Assembly (NCBI GenBank): GCA_023261685.1 | Contig: JAHFOM010000001.1 | Span: 1-42,510 of the forward strand | DNA: 42,510 nucleotides | DNA from: Candidatus Moraniibacteriota bacterium | GTDB taxonomy: Bacteria; Patescibacteriota; Minisyncoccia; Moranbacterales; UBA1568 | Direction: 5' to 3' | Shown: positions 40,571 to 42,510 of the stretch, in pieces | Numbering within the stretch: the first letter of the stretch is position 1 | How the letters are laid out: every line of letters starts with the position of its first letter | The notes under the pieces: generated by a model | What the model was told of the DNA's origin: nothing | Database searches by the model: none | The model's input: only the letters and a program-made list of their open reading frames with translations | Made by a program: the position numbers and the translations under genes

Positions 40571-41137
40571 TCACCCAGCGAACAACGGTGCCAGCACCGT
40601 GCGCCACAGCCAGAGGGCGAAGGTTACTAAGACTGTCCAGCGCAGCGTCCAATAGGCATTGGATACGATGACACTCGACCAAAAGATCGTGTAGTCTCTT
40701 TTGCTGAGACCGTTGAACCGGTTGCTTTCCTTGCGCAGGTACACGGTGACCATAAACGGATCCGCGTATACTGAGAGGGCGAAGAAAGCCGACACGTCAC
40801 CGAGTTTCAGGAATTTCCCGATCCAGCGGTTGCCGGAAAACTGGTGCTGGACGTTTTTGACGGCTTCGAACCCAAACCAATCCTTTTTCAGCCAATCGTA
40901 CAGCCGTAAATAGCCGTAACAAAAGAGCGCTGACAGAGGAGCCATAATAGTGAAAACTACCAATGAGCCGTAAGCGGTGCCAAAAGTAGACACAGCGTAG
41001 GCTGAGACTGCTCCGTAGACGAACTGGTCGAAAAAGATTTCTTCACCTTTCTTGACCGTATGGCCGAGAGCGATAGTGCCTATCTGTTCTTTGCGCGCCA
41101 CGATTTTCGCAGCGAATGATTTCACTGCTTGTAGCAC
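40571..41137 (-). CDS. Hypothetical membrane protein (about four TM helices)
   Basis: The ORF track gives 40571..41188, which starts on TTG only ~7 nt from the predicted transcription start. I prefer the GTG at 41137, which has GGAGG 6 nt upstream. Confidence 0.6.
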   Translation of the reverse strand: MLQAVKSFAAKIVARKEQIGTIALGHTVKKGEEIFFDQFVYGAVSAYAVSTFGTAYGSLVVFTIMAPLSALFCYGYLRLYDWLKKDWFGFEAVKNVQHQFSGNRWIGKFLKLGDVSAFFALSVYADPFMVTVYLRKESNRFNGLSKRDYTIFWSSVIVSNAYWTLRWTVLVTFALWLWRTVLAPLFAG

Positions 41138-41201
41138 GATGCACCTCCACTTGTTGAAAAAGAACCGTTCCTTAGCAACTGATTTCAATTGCTAACCGTG
41201 T

Positions 41202-41230
41202 AGTATACACCAAAAAAACCACCCTGTCAA
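41202..41230 (-). promoter_or_regulatory. sigma70-type promoter TTGACA-N17-TATACT for 40571..41137
   Basis: The complement of 41225-41230 is TTGACA and the complement of 41202-41207 is TATACT, with a 17-nt spacer. Confidence 0.7.
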
Positions 41231-41275
41231 ACAAAAAGTGCTCCTTTTGCTTCATATAAGGGATATTTCTCTTTT

Positions 41276-42178
41276 TTACTCCCTATGTACTTCTATATCC
41301 GGCAGTATCTCACCATTCCGCACGAAGCGCTCCAGCCACAGGGCAGCCATTGCTCGAGATTCTTGCCAACTCTCTTTGAGGAAATGATCATTGCCCTCGA
41401 ACAGCACGAGACGATGCGGGATTTTCACATCAAGCAGTTTCTCAGAAAAATGGAGAGCCGTGCGCGGATCGACACGCCAATCAGATGTGCCATACATCAG
41501 AAGTATTGGTACGTTCCTTGGGAGCTTCTCCGTCCAACAGACTACTGATCTTTTTTCCCGCTCTTCTTTTGATCCGCCGAACATCTTCTCATAGTGCGCC
41601 GTCATCTCCTTACGAAATGTATCATCACGATAGTCCAACACTCCGGAAATCACGACGGCCGCCTTCGCCCAATTCGTTTCCGCCAGCAGGCGAAAGGTGG
41701 CAGTCGCGCCGCGGCTGGCGCAGTACAAACCGATGCGAGTGTTATCCGCCATCTCATCCGTATCGATAAATTCCTTCAGTGCCAAGACAGACTGGAAATC
41801 CTCCCCACCCATCTCATCTTTTGCCCCGTCTTCGGAAAAACCCATACACTGCGATCCGATGACGATATAGCCAGCCTTGATGATCACAGTCGCGAAGCCG
41901 GAAAAAATATGCTTGGCATCAATGTGTCCGAACAAACCGGACCCGCCACGGTTGAGAATCACTACCGGGTGTTTTTCCTGTCCGGAGAGATTTTTGAGTC
42001 GCGCGTAGAAACCGTTGTATTTTTTCCCATTCACCAAGTACTCGAAATCCACCACTTCTATCTCGTCAGCATTGGCACGCGCTTTCTCGTGATTCTTGGA
42101 CGGGATCAATGCGAGTGTCGTGTTGTCCAAAACGATATCCCGGACGGAAAGCAGTTTGTGAGCAAAAGAAAGTTGCAT
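41276..42178 (-). CDS. Alpha/beta hydrolase (S9 / dienelactone-hydrolase-like)
   Basis: 300 aa. The nucleophile elbow is GLYCASRGA, the acid is in YGTSDWRVD and the histidine is in EGNDHFL. Confidence 0.8.
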   Translation of the reverse strand: MQLSFAHKLLSVRDIVLDNTTLALIPSKNHEKARANADEIEVVDFEYLVNGKKYNGFYARLKNLSGQEKHPVVILNRGGSGLFGHIDAKHIFSGFATVIIKAGYIVIGSQCMGFSEDGAKDEMGGEDFQSVLALKEFIDTDEMADNTRIGLYCASRGATATFRLLAETNWAKAAVVISGVLDYRDDTFRKEMTAHYEKMFGGSKEEREKRSVVCWTEKLPRNVPILLMYGTSDWRVDPRTALHFSEKLLDVKIPHRLVLFEGNDHFLKESWQESRAMAALWLERFVRNGEILPDIEVHRE

Positions 42179-42194
42179 AAAAAGTAGTCTAGAT

Positions 42195-42510
42195 CTATTT
42201 CCTGCTCTGCCGATAAGGATGCATGGGGTAGGTGCCGAGGAGCCGGACTTCTTCTGAAAAAAACCGCAGCTCTGCCAGCGCGAGTTTCATAGCCGTATCA
42301 TTCGGATGAGCTTCCGCTTCTATATAAAACTCTGCTGACTGAAATCCTTCACCGAGATAACTCTCAAGTTTGAGAAGATTGATCCCATTGGTCGCAAATC
42401 CCCCGATGGCTTTGTACAAAGCAGCCGGCACGCTGCGCAAGCGAAAGAAAATGCTCGTGATAACTTTTGCATCAGTACCTTGTTCGGGGATACGCGCCTC
42501 ACGAGCGATA
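42195..42510 (-). CDS. pheA: Prephenate dehydratase, C-terminal (ACT domain) part; N-terminus lies outside the window
   Basis: The frame is open to the window edge. It reads ...ITSIFFRLRSVPAALYKAIGGFATNGINLLKLESY...AEFYIEAEAHPNDTAMKLALAELRFFSEEVRLLGTYP, typical of the PDT ACT regulatory domain. Confidence 0.8.
   Translation of the reverse strand, partial: IAREARIPEQGTDAKVITSIFFRLRSVPAALYKAIGGFATNGINLLKLESYLGEGFQSAEFYIEAEAHPNDTAMKLALAELRFFSEEVRLLGTYPMHPYRQSRK

Noticed and set aside
1-42510. CRISPR arrays, rRNA genes, transposases or integrases, and signs of an alternative genetic code (UGA recoding).
   Set aside because: No short regularly spaced direct repeats, rRNA-like segments or recombinase motifs were seen. 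All well-recognised genes are full length under the standard code and use TAA, TAG and TGA stops. There is therefore no evidence for code 4 or code 25.

Overview
This 42.5-kb window is gene-dense and almost all genes from 6.6 kb onward lie on the minus strand. The gene content suggests a small-genome, possibly Patescibacteria/CPR-like bacterium: a fused ADP-forming acetyl-CoA synthetase, an archaeal-type AspRS, many small secreted or hypothetical proteins, and tRNAs without encoded CCA. That placement is inference only, because no database search was possible.

Housekeeping content:
- Translation and transcription: frr, rseP, serS, lysS, aspS, greA, tRNA-Lys(UUU) and tRNA-Val(CAC).
- Cell shape: an mreB-mreC-mreD-PBP2 block.
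- Other: LD-carboxypeptidase, a CYTH protein, an ABC exporter, and a partial prephenate dehydratase.

Envelope and accessory content:
- A GT4 glycosyltransferase, a methyltransferase, an O-antigen-ligase-like protein and a Wzz-like protein.
- A run of secreted, LysM and lipoprotein genes.
- A two-component locus: a 7TM histidine kinase, a tandem-REC protein and a single-REC protein.
- A MNT-HepT toxin-antitoxin pair and an M20 peptidase.
- An AT-rich ~6-kb block carrying a six-gene nucleotide-sugar-type operon.

Signals the gene list does not explain:
1. A ~235-bp rod-like quasi-palindromic element occurs twice (7443-7674 and 15708-15943). Its stems carry compensatory changes between copies. 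Its core is inverted relative to its asymmetric arms between the two copies. Consensus promoters sit exactly 9 bp outside its termini three times.
2. The in-frame 3' tail of the histidine-kinase gene is present three times, bracketing two small cargo modules. This looks like a footprint of cassette-like integration.
3. A second intergenic repeat family (CA-rich/TG-rich quasi-palindrome) occurs at 1.0 kb and 23.6 kb.
4. A perfect 42-bp palindrome lies next to a related imperfect palindrome.
5. Six tandem TTATCNN heptamers lie in front of rseP.

No rRNA, CRISPR array, transposase or integrase was seen. All identity percentages and GC values are by-eye or spot counts.
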